A stretch of DNA of 64,000 nucleotides from NCBI GenBank assembly GCA_036746835.1, contig DAIODM010000001.1, forward strand, positions 64,281 through 128,280, given 5' to 3'. Numbering within the stretch: position 1 is the stretch's first letter; every line of letters begins with the position of its first letter. The notes beneath the pieces were generated by a model. The model was not told the origin of the DNA. It was given only the letters and a program-made list of their open reading frames with translations, and did not search any database. This document shows positions 20,214 to 30,912 of this stretch, piece by piece. The stretch is from Candidatus Onthovivens sp. Lineage in GTDB: Bacteria; Bacillota_I; Bacilli_A; RFN20; CAG-826. The translations under genes were made by a program, and so were the position numbers.

Positions 20214-21518
20214 ATGTTTAATATAGTAAAAGGTACGCATGATGTTATTCTAAAAGAAGCAACAAAATATACATATGTTGAGAATCTTTTAATGAGAGAA
20301 GCTCAAGTTTTCGGTTACAAAGAATTTAGAACTCCTGTAATGGAATATAGTGAACTTTTCTTACGTTCTACAGGTGAAAGTAGTGATATCGTCAGAAAAG
20401 AGATGTATACATTCACTGATAAAGGTGATCGTTCTATCACTTTAAGACCTGAAATGACAGCTGGTGTCATTAGAAGCATGGTAAATGAAAAATTATTCAT
20501 TAATCAAGATTATCCAGTAAAAGCTTATTATGTTGGTCCAAATTTTAGATATGAAAGACCACAACAAGGAAGATATAGACAATTTAACCAATTTGGCGTT
20601 GAATGTGTTGGTGTTGATAGTCCATATCGTGATATTGAAGTCATTATGCTTGGTTATAATGCTTTAAAACTTTTGGGTTTTAATAATATTAAACTTGAAA
20701 TAAATTCCCTTGGAGATGCTGAAACAAGAGAAAAATATCAAGCAGCCTTAAGAGAATATTTTGCGCAACACATCGATACAATGTGTGATGATTGCAAAGA
20801 GCGTTTTAAATTAAATGTTCTTAGAATTTTAGATTGTAAAGTTGAACATGATATTGAAATAAATAAGAATGCGCCTGTTATTAGCGATTACTATAGTGAT
20901 AAATCAAAAGAAGATTTTGCAGCTATAACAAACTTCTTAAAAGAAAATGAAATACCATACGAGATAAATAACAATCTTGTACGTGGACTTGATTATTATT
21001 CAGGAATTGTCTTTGAATATCATTATACAAGTTCGCAAGGTAAAGATTATGGTGCCTTAGGTGGTGGTGGTCACTATGGAAATCTTGTAAAAGAAATTGG
21101 TGGTCCAGATCTTGAAGGTGTTGGTTTTGCTTTTGGAATTGAACGTTTAATAAATTTAATGGAAGATGATAATTTATTCGATGAAAGCGAAATAAATGAT
21201 CCACTTGATTGTTACGTTATGCCAGTTAATAAGCAAAACGAGAAAATTGCGTTCGAAGTTGCTAATTATTTAAGAACGAATGGATATAGTGCTGACGTTT
21301 GCCTTGAACATAAAAATATGGGTCAAATGTTTAAAAAAGCAGAAAGACGAGAAGCACTTTATGCAATAATTATCGGTGATGATGAAGAAAAAGATAAGAA
21401 AGTTAATTTAAAGAATCTAGCTTCTCAAGAACAAATAACAGTAAGTTTAGATGATTTAATTGAAAAACTAGATGATTTATTTGGTGAAGATGAAGATGAG
21501 CATCATGACCACAAGTAA
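20214..21518 (+). CDS. hisS: Histidyl-tRNA synthetase
   Basis: Class II motifs (RPEMT, GPNFRYERPQQGRYRQF, GGGGHY). The hisS-aspS pair is arranged as in Bacillus. Confidence 0.95.
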   Translation: MFNIVKGTHDVILKEATKYTYVENLLMREAQVFGYKEFRTPVMEYSELFLRSTGESSDIVRKEMYTFTDKGDRSITLRPEMTAGVIRSMVNEKLFINQDYPVKAYYVGPNFRYERPQQGRYRQFNQFGVECVGVDSPYRDIEVIMLGYNALKLLGFNNIKLEINSLGDAETREKYQAALREYFAQHIDTMCDDCKERFKLNVLRILDCKVEHDIEINKNAPVISDYYSDKSKEDFAAITNFLKENEIPYEINNNLVRGLDYYSGIVFEYHYTSSQGKDYGALGGGGHYGNLVKEIGGPDLEGVGFAFGIERLINLMEDDNLFDESEINDPLDCYVMPVNKQNEKIAFEVANYLRTNGYSADVCLEHKNMGQMFKKAERREALYAIIIGDDEEKDKKVNLKNLASQEQITVSLDDLIEKLDDLFGEDEDEHHDHK

Positions 21519-21530
21519 GGAAGAAAAAGT

Positions 21531-23276
21531 ATGGAAGAATATAAGAGAACTAATCACTGTGGCGAGCTTCGCTTAAGTGATGTTGGAAAAGAAGTTGATT
21601 TATTAGGATGGGTTGCTAAAAAAAGAAATCTTGGTAGCCTTGTTTTTATCGATTTAAGAGATCGTTGGGGAATAGTCCAAGTTACTGTACAAACTGATAA
21701 AGTTACTCTTCCAGATATACGTAATGAATATGTTATTGGTGTTCATGGAACAGTTAATAAAAAAGCTGAACCTAACAAAAATCTCGCAACAGGAGAAGTT
21801 GAAGTTGTTGCTAGTGAAATTAAAATAATTAATACTGCTGAGCAACCTCCATTTATTATTGCCGATGATACTGATGCTCTTGAAGATATCCGTTTAAAAT
21901 ATAGATATCTTGATTTAAGACGTCTTGTTATGCAAAAAAGATTCCAAATTCGTGCTCAAATTGTCAAAAGCTGTCACGAATACTTAGATAATAACGAATT
22001 TATTGAAGTAGAGACTCCATCTTTAACTCTTTCTTCACCAGAAGGAGCTACTGAATATCTTGTTCCATCAAGAATTCATCATGGATCATGCTATGCATTA
22101 CCACAATCTCCTCAACTTTTTAAACAATTATTGATGGTTGCTGGTTTTGAAAGATATTATCAAATTGCAAAATGCTTTAGAGATGAAGATTTAAGAGCTG
22201 ATCGTCAACCAGATTTTACTCAAGTAGATTTAGAGACTTCATTTTTAAATGAAGATCAAGTCTTAACTCTTGCTGAAGGATTAATCAAAAAAGTTTTTAA
22301 GGATACAATTAACTATGATGTAAAGCTTCCTTTAAGAAGAATGGAATATGATATTGCTACTTCAAGATATGGTAGTGATAAACCTGATACTAGATATGGA
22401 ATGCTTCTTGAAGATGTTAAAGACATCTTAGTTAAAACTGAATTCTTAGCTTATAAGAACGCTAAATTTATTTCAGCAATCAAAGTTGATGGAATTGCTA
22501 GCGAAACATCTAGAAAGAAAATCGATGAATATAATTTGGTAGCACAAAAGTTCAACATGAAAGCTTTTGGTGTTTTCAAAGTTGAAAATGGCGTTGTTGA
22601 TAGTAGCTTAGCAAAATTCTATACTCCTGAAGTTTTAAATGAATTAAAAACAAAAATGAATGCCAAAGATGGTGATGTTGTTTTTGTTGCTGCCGGAGAT
22701 AATAAGAAAAATGTTTACTTTGGTTTAGGTGCCTTAAGAGTCCAATTTGGTCACCAATTAGGTCTTGTTAAGCCAAATACTTACGATTTACTCTGGGTTA
22801 CTAGATTCCCACTTTTTGGTGTAGCAGATGATGGACATATTGTCGCTGAACACCATCCATTTACTCGTCCATGTGATGAAGATTTAGATAAATTAAAGAC
22901 ACATCCAGAGCAAGTTTATAGCTATTCATATGATATTGTAATTAACGGATATGAAGCTGGTGGTGGTACTTTAAGAATTTATGATCAAAAACTACAAAGA
23001 ACTATTTTTGAAGTTCTTGGTGTTAGTGATGAAGATATTAATAAGAAATTTGGTTGGTTTGTTGATGCTTTAAAATATGGAACACCTCCACATGGTGGAT
23101 TGGCTTTTGGTCTTGATAGACTCACTATGATTTTAAGTGGAACTGATAATATTCGTGATGTTATCGCTTTCCCAAAGAACTTAAGTGCAGTTTGTCCAAT
23201 GACTAACGCTCCACGTCCAGCCACTGAGGAGCAATTAAAAGAATTAGGTTTATGCGTCATTAAGGAGGAAAAATAA
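21531..23276 (+). CDS. aspS: Aspartyl-tRNA synthetase
   Basis: OB-fold N-terminus, QSPQLFKQLLM, FRDEDLRADRQPDFTQ and GGLAFGLDR. Confidence 0.96.
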   Translation: MEEYKRTNHCGELRLSDVGKEVDLLGWVAKKRNLGSLVFIDLRDRWGIVQVTVQTDKVTLPDIRNEYVIGVHGTVNKKAEPNKNLATGEVEVVASEIKIINTAEQPPFIIADDTDALEDIRLKYRYLDLRRLVMQKRFQIRAQIVKSCHEYLDNNEFIEVETPSLTLSSPEGATEYLVPSRIHHGSCYALPQSPQLFKQLLMVAGFERYYQIAKCFRDEDLRADRQPDFTQVDLETSFLNEDQVLTLAEGLIKKVFKDTINYDVKLPLRRMEYDIATSRYGSDKPDTRYGMLLEDVKDILVKTEFLAYKNAKFISAIKVDGIASETSRKKIDEYNLVAQKFNMKAFGVFKVENGVVDSSLAKFYTPEVLNELKTKMNAKDGDVVFVAAGDNKKNVYFGLGALRVQFGHQLGLVKPNTYDLLWVTRFPLFGVADDGHIVAEHHPFTRPCDEDLDKLKTHPEQVYSYSYDIVINGYEAGGGTLRIYDQKLQRTIFEVLGVSDEDINKKFGWFVDALKYGTPPHGGLAFGLDRLTMILSGTDNIRDVIAFPKNLSAVCPMTNAPRPATEEQLKELGLCVIKEEK

Positions 23277-25274
23277 ATGAGCAAAATTAATTTAAATGAT
23301 CCAAAGAATATTGATTTATTATCAGTTGCAGCTATTCGTAGTATGTGTATTGATTGCATCAATAAGAGCAAATCTGGTCACCCAGGTATGGCATTAAGTA
23401 GTGCACCAATCATGTACGAATTATTTAAAGATTTTATTGTTGCAAATCCTCAAGATCCAAATTGGATTAATCGTGATAGATTCGTTCTTTCTAGCGGTCA
23501 CGCTTCAATTCTTTTATATACAATTTTACATCTTTGTGGATACAAAATTTCGAAAGATGATTTAATGAATTTCCGTCAATTAGGAAGCATTACTCCAGGG
23601 CATCCTGAAGTTGGTGTTACTCCAGGAATTGATGCTTCAAGTGGTCCTTTAGGACAAGGTATTGCTGAAGCCGTTGGTATTGCAATGGCTGAACAAATGC
23701 TTTCTGCTCATTATGATCCAAAAATTTATAATCATTACACATATTGCTTATGTGGAGATGGTTGCTTAGAAGAAGGAATTAGTGAAGAAGCAATCCAATA
23801 TGCTGGATTCCAAAAATTAAGCAAATTAATCTTACTTTATGATAAGAACAACGTTACATTAGATGGACCTTTAGCTCAATCTGAAAATGAGGATGTCGGT
23901 AAGAGATTTTCTGCTGATGGATGGAATGTCATTGAATGCAAAGATGGAAATGATGTTTCTGAAATTAAAAAAGCTATTTCAAAGGCTAAAACATTTATAA
24001 ATAGCCAACCAACAGTCGTTATTTTTACAACTGTTATTGGTTTTGGTTCAGCTAATCAAGGAACATGCAAAGTCCATGGTTCTCCATTAGGAGAAGAAGA
24101 TGGTAAGCATGCAAAAGAATCATATGGATATGATTATCCAAGTTTTACTATTCCTGATTCAGTCTACAAAACCATGCAAGATAATTTCGTTGCACGTGGG
24201 ACTAAAGCCTATGAAAAATATCAAAAGATTATTAATGAATTAAGACGTGACGATCCACACACTTATAAGAAGATGATGGATTTTGCTTCAAATGATATTT
24301 CAAATTATCTTGATACTAAACATTTACCAATGGATGAAGTACCAAATGAATCTACTAGAATTACTAGTCAAAAAGTACTAAATCATTACCATTCATTACT
24401 TTCTAACCTTGTTGGTGGTAGTGCTGATGTTGCCGCAAGCGTTATGACAAAGCTTTCAGATGGCAGTAATTTTACACCAGATAATCGTAATGGAACAAAC
24501 ATCAATTGGGGTATTCGTGAATTCTTAATGTGTGCTGCAAGTAATGGAATCTTATTACATGGCGGTTTAAGAACTTATGTTGGTTGCTTCTTAATCTTTA
24601 GTGATTATGCAAAGAACGCTATTAGAATGGCTTCTTTAATGAAATTACCACAAATCTTCTTATTCTCACATGATACAATTGCAGTTGGAGAAGATGGCCC
24701 AAGTCACCAACCAATCGAACAATTAGCTGGTCTTAGAGCTACTCCAAATTTAAATGTTTTTAGACCATGTGATGCTAAAGAAACTTATGCTGCTTGGACA
24801 TTAGCTCTTGAATCAACAAAGACTCCAAGTGCGATTATTATTTCACGTCAAGGCTTACCATTATTAAAGGATAGTTCTAATTATGATGGAGTTAAGAAAG
24901 GTGGATACATCGTTTCTGATTCCGCAAAGAAAGAACCTGATGTTACTTTAGTTGCGACCGGTAGTGAAGTTTCTCTTGCTTTAAATGCAAAAGAATTATT
25001 AAAATCTAAAAATATTGATGTTCGTGTTGTTTCACTTCCATGCTTTGAATTATTCGATGCACAAAGCGAAGAATATAAAAAGTCTGTTTTAGGAAATAAC
25101 TACGAAAAGCGTGTCTCAGTCGAGATGTCTTCAACATTCGGTTGGGGAAAATATGCCAAATTTAATTATGGTATTGATGAGTTTGGTGCTTCAGGAAAAG
25201 CTGAAGATTTATTCAAACATTATAAATTTACGAAGGAAGATCTCGCAGATTTTGTCATAAAATCAATAAAATAG
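23277..25274 (+). CDS. tkt: Transketolase
   Basis: SGHPGMALS, the ThDP motif GDGCLEEG, and EDGPSHQP. Confidence 0.95.
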   Translation: MSKINLNDPKNIDLLSVAAIRSMCIDCINKSKSGHPGMALSSAPIMYELFKDFIVANPQDPNWINRDRFVLSSGHASILLYTILHLCGYKISKDDLMNFRQLGSITPGHPEVGVTPGIDASSGPLGQGIAEAVGIAMAEQMLSAHYDPKIYNHYTYCLCGDGCLEEGISEEAIQYAGFQKLSKLILLYDKNNVTLDGPLAQSENEDVGKRFSADGWNVIECKDGNDVSEIKKAISKAKTFINSQPTVVIFTTVIGFGSANQGTCKVHGSPLGEEDGKHAKESYGYDYPSFTIPDSVYKTMQDNFVARGTKAYEKYQKIINELRRDDPHTYKKMMDFASNDISNYLDTKHLPMDEVPNESTRITSQKVLNHYHSLLSNLVGGSADVAASVMTKLSDGSNFTPDNRNGTNINWGIREFLMCAASNGILLHGGLRTYVGCFLIFSDYAKNAIRMASLMKLPQIFLFSHDTIAVGEDGPSHQPIEQLAGLRATPNLNVFRPCDAKETYAAWTLALESTKTPSAIIISRQGLPLLKDSSNYDGVKKGGYIVSDSAKKEPDVTLVATGSEVSLALNAKELLKSKNIDVRVVSLPCFELFDAQSEEYKKSVLGNNYEKRVSVEMSSTFGWGKYAKFNYGIDEFGASGKAEDLFKHYKFTKEDLADFVIKSIK

Positions 25275-25300
25275 TGTAAAATATATGAAAGGGGTGAATT

Positions 25301-25627
25301 ATGCCTAATTACGTTTACTTACAACATTATACTAGCCAAGGTGATCTAGGAATATCTAGAGATGTTTTTGTGACGCTTGGGCAACATGTCGTCAGCTATA
25401 TTCGCGAAACTAATGCCAATAAAGGCTTTACTATTAGCGATAATGTTGATGTTTCAATTCACTCTAATCGTGTAGTTTATAAATTCTTTGTAACTAAGAA
25501 AAACAAAGTTAGTCCTCGTTACATCGAAAATTCTATTTCAGATTATATTAATAGTAATTTACTTATGATTTGTGAGGTTGTTCCATTTGAAATAAGTGTG
25601 AAAATCACCTCTGAAGCTGGAGAATAA
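25301..25627 (+). CDS. Asp23/Gls24-family (YqhY-like) protein
   Basis: Its position immediately upstream of nusB matches Bacillus yqhY. The alternating beta-strand pattern resembles the Asp23 family. Confidence 0.55.
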   Translation: MPNYVYLQHYTSQGDLGISRDVFVTLGQHVVSYIRETNANKGFTISDNVDVSIHSNRVVYKFFVTKKNKVSPRYIENSISDYINSNLLMICEVVPFEISVKITSEAGE

Positions 25628-25628
25628 A

Positions 25629-26048
25629 ATGGAGAACCAAGAATCCCGTAATAAAATTCAAGAAACAGCCATGCAAATAATGTATGGCTTTTTAATAAAA
25701 CAACAAGTTGATCAAGTAATAAACTTTGAAGAGACCGTTTCTGAGGTATGTGATAAACCATACGAAGAATGCGATGTTTTCTTAAAGGATTTACTTATTC
25801 AATCATTAAAAAATGAAAAGGAAATCATTGAATTGATTTCTAAACATCTTAACAAGTGGACTTTTGATCGTTTAAATACTTGTATACAAGCAATCTTAAT
25901 TTGTGCTGTCGCAAACTATAAATATTGTGATAATAGCGAAAAAGCTATTGTTATTAACATTGCTGTTAAATTAGCAAAAAAATATGGCGAACCTGAAGAC
26001 TATAAATTCGTAAATGCTATATTGGATAATTGCTTAAATGAACAATAA
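25629..26048 (+). CDS. nusB: Transcription antitermination factor NusB
   Basis: Size, helical repeat pattern, and the conserved context asp23-nusB-xseA-xseB. Confidence 0.85.
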   Translation: MENQESRNKIQETAMQIMYGFLIKQQVDQVINFEETVSEVCDKPYEECDVFLKDLLIQSLKNEKEIIELISKHLNKWTFDRLNTCIQAILICAVANYKYCDNSEKAIVINIAVKLAKKYGEPEDYKFVNAILDNCLNEQ

Positions 26049-27252
26049 TTTATCAAACGAGCAACAATATATTAGCGTAACTGAACTTAATAACTATATT
26101 AAGGCTCTTTTTGATAATACTACAACATTGCACAATATTGCCATTCATGGCGAAATAAGTAATTTTACAGGTCAAAATAGAAGTGGTCATATGTATTTTT
26201 CACTTAAAGATGAGCAATGCTCGATTAGAGCCGTTATTTTTAAATACGATGCTTCATTACTAAGTTTCCCAATAAAAGACGGCGATGAAGTTATTGCTTA
26301 TGGAAGTATTTCAACATATCCACCTAATGGTACATATCAAATAGTTATTAAAAAAATTGAATTATTCGGTCTTGGAGCCATGCTTTTAAAGAAGCAACAG
26401 CTCAAAGAAAAACTTTTTAAAGAAGGTTATTTTAATGACGATCACAAAGTTGAATTGCCTAAATACCCATCAAAAATTGGAATTATTACTGGAAAGAACA
26501 GTGCTGCTTTAGTTGATATAATAACAAACCTTAATCGAAGATTTCCTTTAGTTGATATTTTTGTTTATTATAGTCTTGTTCAAGGTGTTGAAGCTCCAAA
26601 AGACTTAATTAAATCATTGCATAAAGCTATAGAAGATAATTTAGATTTAATAATAATTGGTAGAGGTGGCGGAAGTTTAGAAGATTTAGAAGCTTTTGAT
26701 GATGAAAATTTGGTAAAAGAAATCTATAAATGCAAAATACCAGTTATTAGTGCAGTTGGTCATGAAATAAATCAATCTTTTTGCGACTTAGTCGCTGATA
26801 AGTATGTTTCAACACCAACAGGTGCAGCAGAATTAGCTGTTCCAGATAAGAACGATTTAATCGATGAATTAAATCAAACTAAACATTATTTGGATACGTT
26901 GATAAATTCAAAAATTAACGATTACAGCTCTAATTTAAGTTCTATCTCAAACAAAAAGTGTTTAATAAATATTTCTTCAATTTATGACAATTCATTGCAA
27001 AAAATTGAAAACATTAAAAAAGATTTAAATAATTTAATCACTAAATTGCTGGATCAAAAAAATAATGAAATAAATTCTAAAAATAAATTAATAGATGCTT
27101 ATAATCCAATAAATTTGCTGAAAAAAGGTTACTCAATAGTATATGATTCTGACGGTAAAATTATAAAAAAAGTAAGCGAAGTTACAGTTGATCAAGATTT
27201 AAAAATTCAAGTTAGTGATGGTGTTATCAAAGCTAGCGTAAAGGAGAAATAA
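26038..27252 (+). CDS. xseA: Exodeoxyribonuclease VII large subunit
   Basis: N-terminal OB fold (ISVTELNNYIK...GEISNF), GRGGGSLEDL and GHEINQS. Confidence 0.9.
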   Translation: MNNNLSNEQQYISVTELNNYIKALFDNTTTLHNIAIHGEISNFTGQNRSGHMYFSLKDEQCSIRAVIFKYDASLLSFPIKDGDEVIAYGSISTYPPNGTYQIVIKKIELFGLGAMLLKKQQLKEKLFKEGYFNDDHKVELPKYPSKIGIITGKNSAALVDIITNLNRRFPLVDIFVYYSLVQGVEAPKDLIKSLHKAIEDNLDLIIIGRGGGSLEDLEAFDDENLVKEIYKCKIPVISAVGHEINQSFCDLVADKYVSTPTGAAELAVPDKNDLIDELNQTKHYLDTLINSKINDYSSNLSSISNKKCLINISSIYDNSLQKIENIKKDLNNLITKLLDQKNNEINSKNKLIDAYNPINLLKKGYSIVYDSDGKIIKKVSEVTVDQDLKIQVSDGVIKASVKEK

Positions 27253-27253
27253 T

Positions 27254-27451
27254 ATGGCTGAAACAAAGAAAAAGGAACTTAATTTTGAAAAAAAGATGGA
27301 AAGACTAGACGTTATTGTCAACAAACTTGACTCAGAAACTTTACCTCTTGAAGAAGCTTTAAAACTTTACGAAGAAGCACAAGTCTTAATTAAAGATCTA
27401 AGTGAAGAACTTAAAAACGCAAAAGAAAAAGTTGCGAAATACAATAATTAG
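27254..27451 (+). CDS. xseB: Exodeoxyribonuclease VII small subunit
   Basis: 65-aa helical protein (FEKKMERLDVIVNKLDSETLPLEEALKLYEE) directly after xseA. Confidence 0.88.
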   Translation: MAETKKKELNFEKKMERLDVIVNKLDSETLPLEEALKLYEEAQVLIKDLSEELKNAKEKVAKYNN

Positions 27452-27456
27452 TAGTT

Positions 27457-27479
27457 TACTAGTATATATCTAGTATTTT
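27457..27479 (+). terminator. Weak candidate terminator after xseB
   Basis: tactag (27457-27462), a 7-nt loop, ctagta (27470-27475), then TTTT. The stem is short and AT-rich. Confidence 0.3.
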
Positions 27480-27544
27480 ATCATAATATTCAATTAACTT
27501 TATTAAGTCTTTTATAATACTTAAAATTAAACTAAAATATAAGT

Positions 27545-28744
27545 ATGAGTAAGATTATACTTCATATTGATTTGAATGCATTTTTTGCAACATGCGAAGA
27601 GATTAAAAATCCATCATTGATTGGAAAACCTCTAATTGTTGGTGGTGATGGTCGTTGCGGAATTGTTTCGACTGCATCATATGAAGCTAGAAAATATGGA
27701 ATTCACAGTGGTATGCCTACATTTCAAGCAAAAATGCTTTGCAAAAATTTAATCATTTGCAACGTAGATTTTAAATATTATGAATTAATGTCTAAAGAAT
27801 TTATTCATTATATAAGCCAATATAGCCCATACATCGAACAAATGTCAGTAGATGAATGCTTCGTTGATATAACAGAAACATACAAAAAATATGGTAACAA
27901 TGATATAAATACATATCTTAAAAACATTCAAGATGGTTTATATCGCAAAACAAAATTAAAATGTTCAATTGGCGTAGCTCCAACAAGATTTCTTGCTAAA
28001 ATGGCAAGTGATATGAAAAAACCAATGGGTATAACTATTATAAGAAAAAGAGATATCAAAGAGATGCTTTTTCCTTTACCTGTAAAAAGTTATTTTGGAA
28101 TTGGCAAGAAAACATATCCAAAACTAGAAAAAATAGGTATAAAAACTATTGGAGATTTATATTATTCAATAAAAAAGAATAATAGCGATGCTAACGCTCT
28201 TTTAGGCTCATTTAGTGGAAGCATAATTGATGAATTAGAGGGAAATTCAAGCGATGAAATCCATACAGACTATGGAGATCCAAAATCAATAGGTGTAAGT
28301 AGAACTTTATCATCTGATAGTAATGATTCATATGAAATAAAAAAATATCTTTTAGAGTTAGCAAAAGGCGTTATAGAAGATATGAAATCAAAAAGCTTTT
28401 TAACGAAAACAATAACTATTCAATATAAAGATGCTGATTTTGAAACCAATTTTAAATCAAAAACTGTATCTAAATCATTTAGCGAACCAACTGATGATTT
28501 AAATGAAATTATAAAGTCTACAGGCGATTTATTCGATAAATCATATGATGGAACCATGATACGTTTAATTGGTTTTTCTGTTAAAAATCTTAAAGAAAAG
28601 CATAGTGTCGTTACTCAAATGCATTTTAACGATTATGATAAGCATGAAAAAGAAAATGAAATAGAACTCATTATCGGTAATTTAAATCGTAAAATGAATA
28701 AAGATACTTTTATGCGTTTATCTGATTTAGAAAAGAAGAAATAA
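27545..28744 (+). CDS. dinB: DNA polymerase IV (Y-family)
   Basis: HIDLNAFFATCEE, the SVDECFVD catalytic motif, and a little-finger domain. Confidence 0.9.
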   Translation: MSKIILHIDLNAFFATCEEIKNPSLIGKPLIVGGDGRCGIVSTASYEARKYGIHSGMPTFQAKMLCKNLIICNVDFKYYELMSKEFIHYISQYSPYIEQMSVDECFVDITETYKKYGNNDINTYLKNIQDGLYRKTKLKCSIGVAPTRFLAKMASDMKKPMGITIIRKRDIKEMLFPLPVKSYFGIGKKTYPKLEKIGIKTIGDLYYSIKKNNSDANALLGSFSGSIIDELEGNSSDEIHTDYGDPKSIGVSRTLSSDSNDSYEIKKYLLELAKGVIEDMKSKSFLTKTITIQYKDADFETNFKSKTVSKSFSEPTDDLNEIIKSTGDLFDKSYDGTMIRLIGFSVKNLKEKHSVVTQMHFNDYDKHEKENEIELIIGNLNRKMNKDTFMRLSDLEKKK

Positions 28745-28745
28745 T

Positions 28746-29630
28746 ATGTATATACAGCAAGCAATCGAAGAATTTTTACAACATGCCTTGTTTGAAAAAG
28801 GACTCCAAACAAGAACAATTGAAGATTATAAAGAAGACTTTAAATCTTTTTTCTACTATTTTCCCTATATTAAAACTACCGACGATTTAACAGAAGATGA
28901 TATTGAAAATTTCACTTATAAGCAAGGTCTCGACGAACTAAAAGCATCGACAATATCAAGAAGAATTTCAACTATTAAAACATTTTATTTATTTTTGGAT
29001 AATGAAGGGATCAGAAAAAATCTTGTTCATGAAGTAATTATGCCTAAAAGAGAAAAGCATATTCCAAGCGTTTTAACTGTTGAAGAAGTTGATAGATTAT
29101 TAGATGCTCCTGATTTAAACACAAAATCTGGCATTAGAGATAAAGCAATGCTTGAAATAATGTATGGATGCGGATTAAGAGTTAGTGAACTAGTAAATTT
29201 AGTTAAAAAAAGTGTAAATTATAACGAAAGAATCATTACATTAGTCGGAAAAGGTGCAAAAGAAAGAAGCATCCCAATTGATGAATATGCCATTAACTTT
29301 TTAGATCAATATATAGTCGAAGTAAGAGATAAAATTCCAAATTCTTTATCTAATAACTATATTTTCATAAATATGCGTGGACAAAGAATATCTCGACAAT
29401 ATTTTTTTAATCAAGTTAAAAAATATGCTAAAGAAGCTAATATAGAGAAAGAAATTTCTCCACACACCTTACGACATTCTTTTGCAACACATTTACTTGA
29501 AAATGGTGCTAACCTAAGAACAGTTCAGCGAATTTTGGGTCATACTAACGCAGAAACAACCCAAATTTATACACATTTATCAAACAAAACATTGCATAAC
29601 GCATATGATTTGTATTGGAAGCGAAAATAA
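28746..29630 (+). CDS. Tyrosine site-specific recombinase, XerC/XerD family
   Basis: Catalytic R...HxxR...Y signature (GLRVSE, HTLRHSFATHLL, LGHTNAETTQIYTH) and an N-terminal SAM-like domain. I cannot tell XerC from XerD by eye. Confidence 0.85.
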   Translation: MYIQQAIEEFLQHALFEKGLQTRTIEDYKEDFKSFFYYFPYIKTTDDLTEDDIENFTYKQGLDELKASTISRRISTIKTFYLFLDNEGIRKNLVHEVIMPKREKHIPSVLTVEEVDRLLDAPDLNTKSGIRDKAMLEIMYGCGLRVSELVNLVKKSVNYNERIITLVGKGAKERSIPIDEYAINFLDQYIVEVRDKIPNSLSNNYIFINMRGQRISRQYFFNQVKKYAKEANIEKEISPHTLRHSFATHLLENGANLRTVQRILGHTNAETTQIYTHLSNKTLHNAYDLYWKRK

Positions 29631-29663
29631 TCTATAATTTACACAGTTTAAGAGGTAGGAATT

Positions 29664-30866
29664 ATGAATAAATTTAAAAGAATATTTGTCATCGTAATGG
29701 ATAGTGCAGGAATTGGCCATGCCAAAGATGCAAAGAAATTTGATGATGAAGGAACCAACACGTTTGGTCACATTTCTGAAAATATGCCAAATGGTGGCTT
29801 AAATATTCCTACACTTAACAGTTTAGGAATTGGCGATCTTGATGAAATTAAAGGTTGCTCAATTGTTAAACATCCATCATCATTTAGTATCAAACTTAAT
29901 GAAGCAAGCAATGGTAAAGATACCATGACAGGCCATTGGGAGATGATGGGAATTAAAACTACAAAACCTTTCCAAACATTTACTGATACTGGTTTCCCTA
30001 AAGAATTGATTGATGAATTAGCTAAAGAAACTGGCCACAAAATTATTGGAAATTACGCCTCAAGTGGAACTGAAATTCTTAAGGTTTTAGGCGAAGAACA
30101 AATGAAGGAAAATTCACTTATTGTCTATACTTCAAGTGATAGTGTCCTTCAAATTTGCGCACACGAAGGAGTTACTGGACTTGATGAACTCTATCGTTGT
30201 TGCGAAATTGCTCGTAAACTTTGCATGAAACCAGAATGGTTCGTTGGTCGTATTATTGCTAGACCTTATGTTGGCACTAATCGCGATGACTTCAAGCGAA
30301 CTTCTAACCGACATGATTACACAATTTCACCAACAGGAATAACTGCGATGGATATCTTAAAAAACAACGGATTAACTGTTAGCTGCGTTGGAAAAATTAA
30401 TGATATCTTCAATGGGTGTGGTGTTACCGAGACTGTGCATACTATTTCAAATGAAGATGGAATGGATAAAACTATTGGAATTTGTAAAAATCCAAACTTT
30501 AAAAAAGGTTTTTGTTTTGTTAATTTAGTCGAATTTGATAGTGAATTCGGACATCGTAGAAATGTTTTAGGGTATGGAAATGCCTTGGAACAATTCGATA
30601 AACGTTTAAAAGAACTCATGAGTGTTATGCATGATGATGATTTAGTTATGGTAACAGCCGATCACGGAAATGATCCTACCTATAAAGGAACCGATCATAC
30701 ACGTGAAAAAGTCCCATTACTTTGTTATTCAAAATCAATTACTGCTGGAAAGTATTTAGGTGATCGTGAAGGTTTTGCGGATATTGGTGATTCAGTTCTT
30801 TATAACTTTGGTCTTAAAAAAGATCCAAGTATGATTGGTCAGCCAATTTTAGAACTATTTAAATAG
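29664..30866 (+). CDS. deoB: Phosphopentomutase
   Basis: VIVMDSAGIG, GKDTMTGHWE and TADHGNDPT. Confidence 0.92.
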   Translation: MNKFKRIFVIVMDSAGIGHAKDAKKFDDEGTNTFGHISENMPNGGLNIPTLNSLGIGDLDEIKGCSIVKHPSSFSIKLNEASNGKDTMTGHWEMMGIKTTKPFQTFTDTGFPKELIDELAKETGHKIIGNYASSGTEILKVLGEEQMKENSLIVYTSSDSVLQICAHEGVTGLDELYRCCEIARKLCMKPEWFVGRIIARPYVGTNRDDFKRTSNRHDYTISPTGITAMDILKNNGLTVSCVGKINDIFNGCGVTETVHTISNEDGMDKTIGICKNPNFKKGFCFVNLVEFDSEFGHRRNVLGYGNALEQFDKRLKELMSVMHDDDLVMVTADHGNDPTYKGTDHTREKVPLLCYSKSITAGKYLGDREGFADIGDSVLYNFGLKKDPSMIGQPILELFK

Positions 30867-30912
30867 TTAATTAGTTCTTTATTTATTATCTTTATATATA
30901 GGAGTCTTTAAA

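Noticed and set aside
22985-23371. A 128-aa minus-strand ORF spanning the aspS/tkt junction.
   Set aside because: It is a shadow ORF opposite two highly conserved genes. It has no translation signals.
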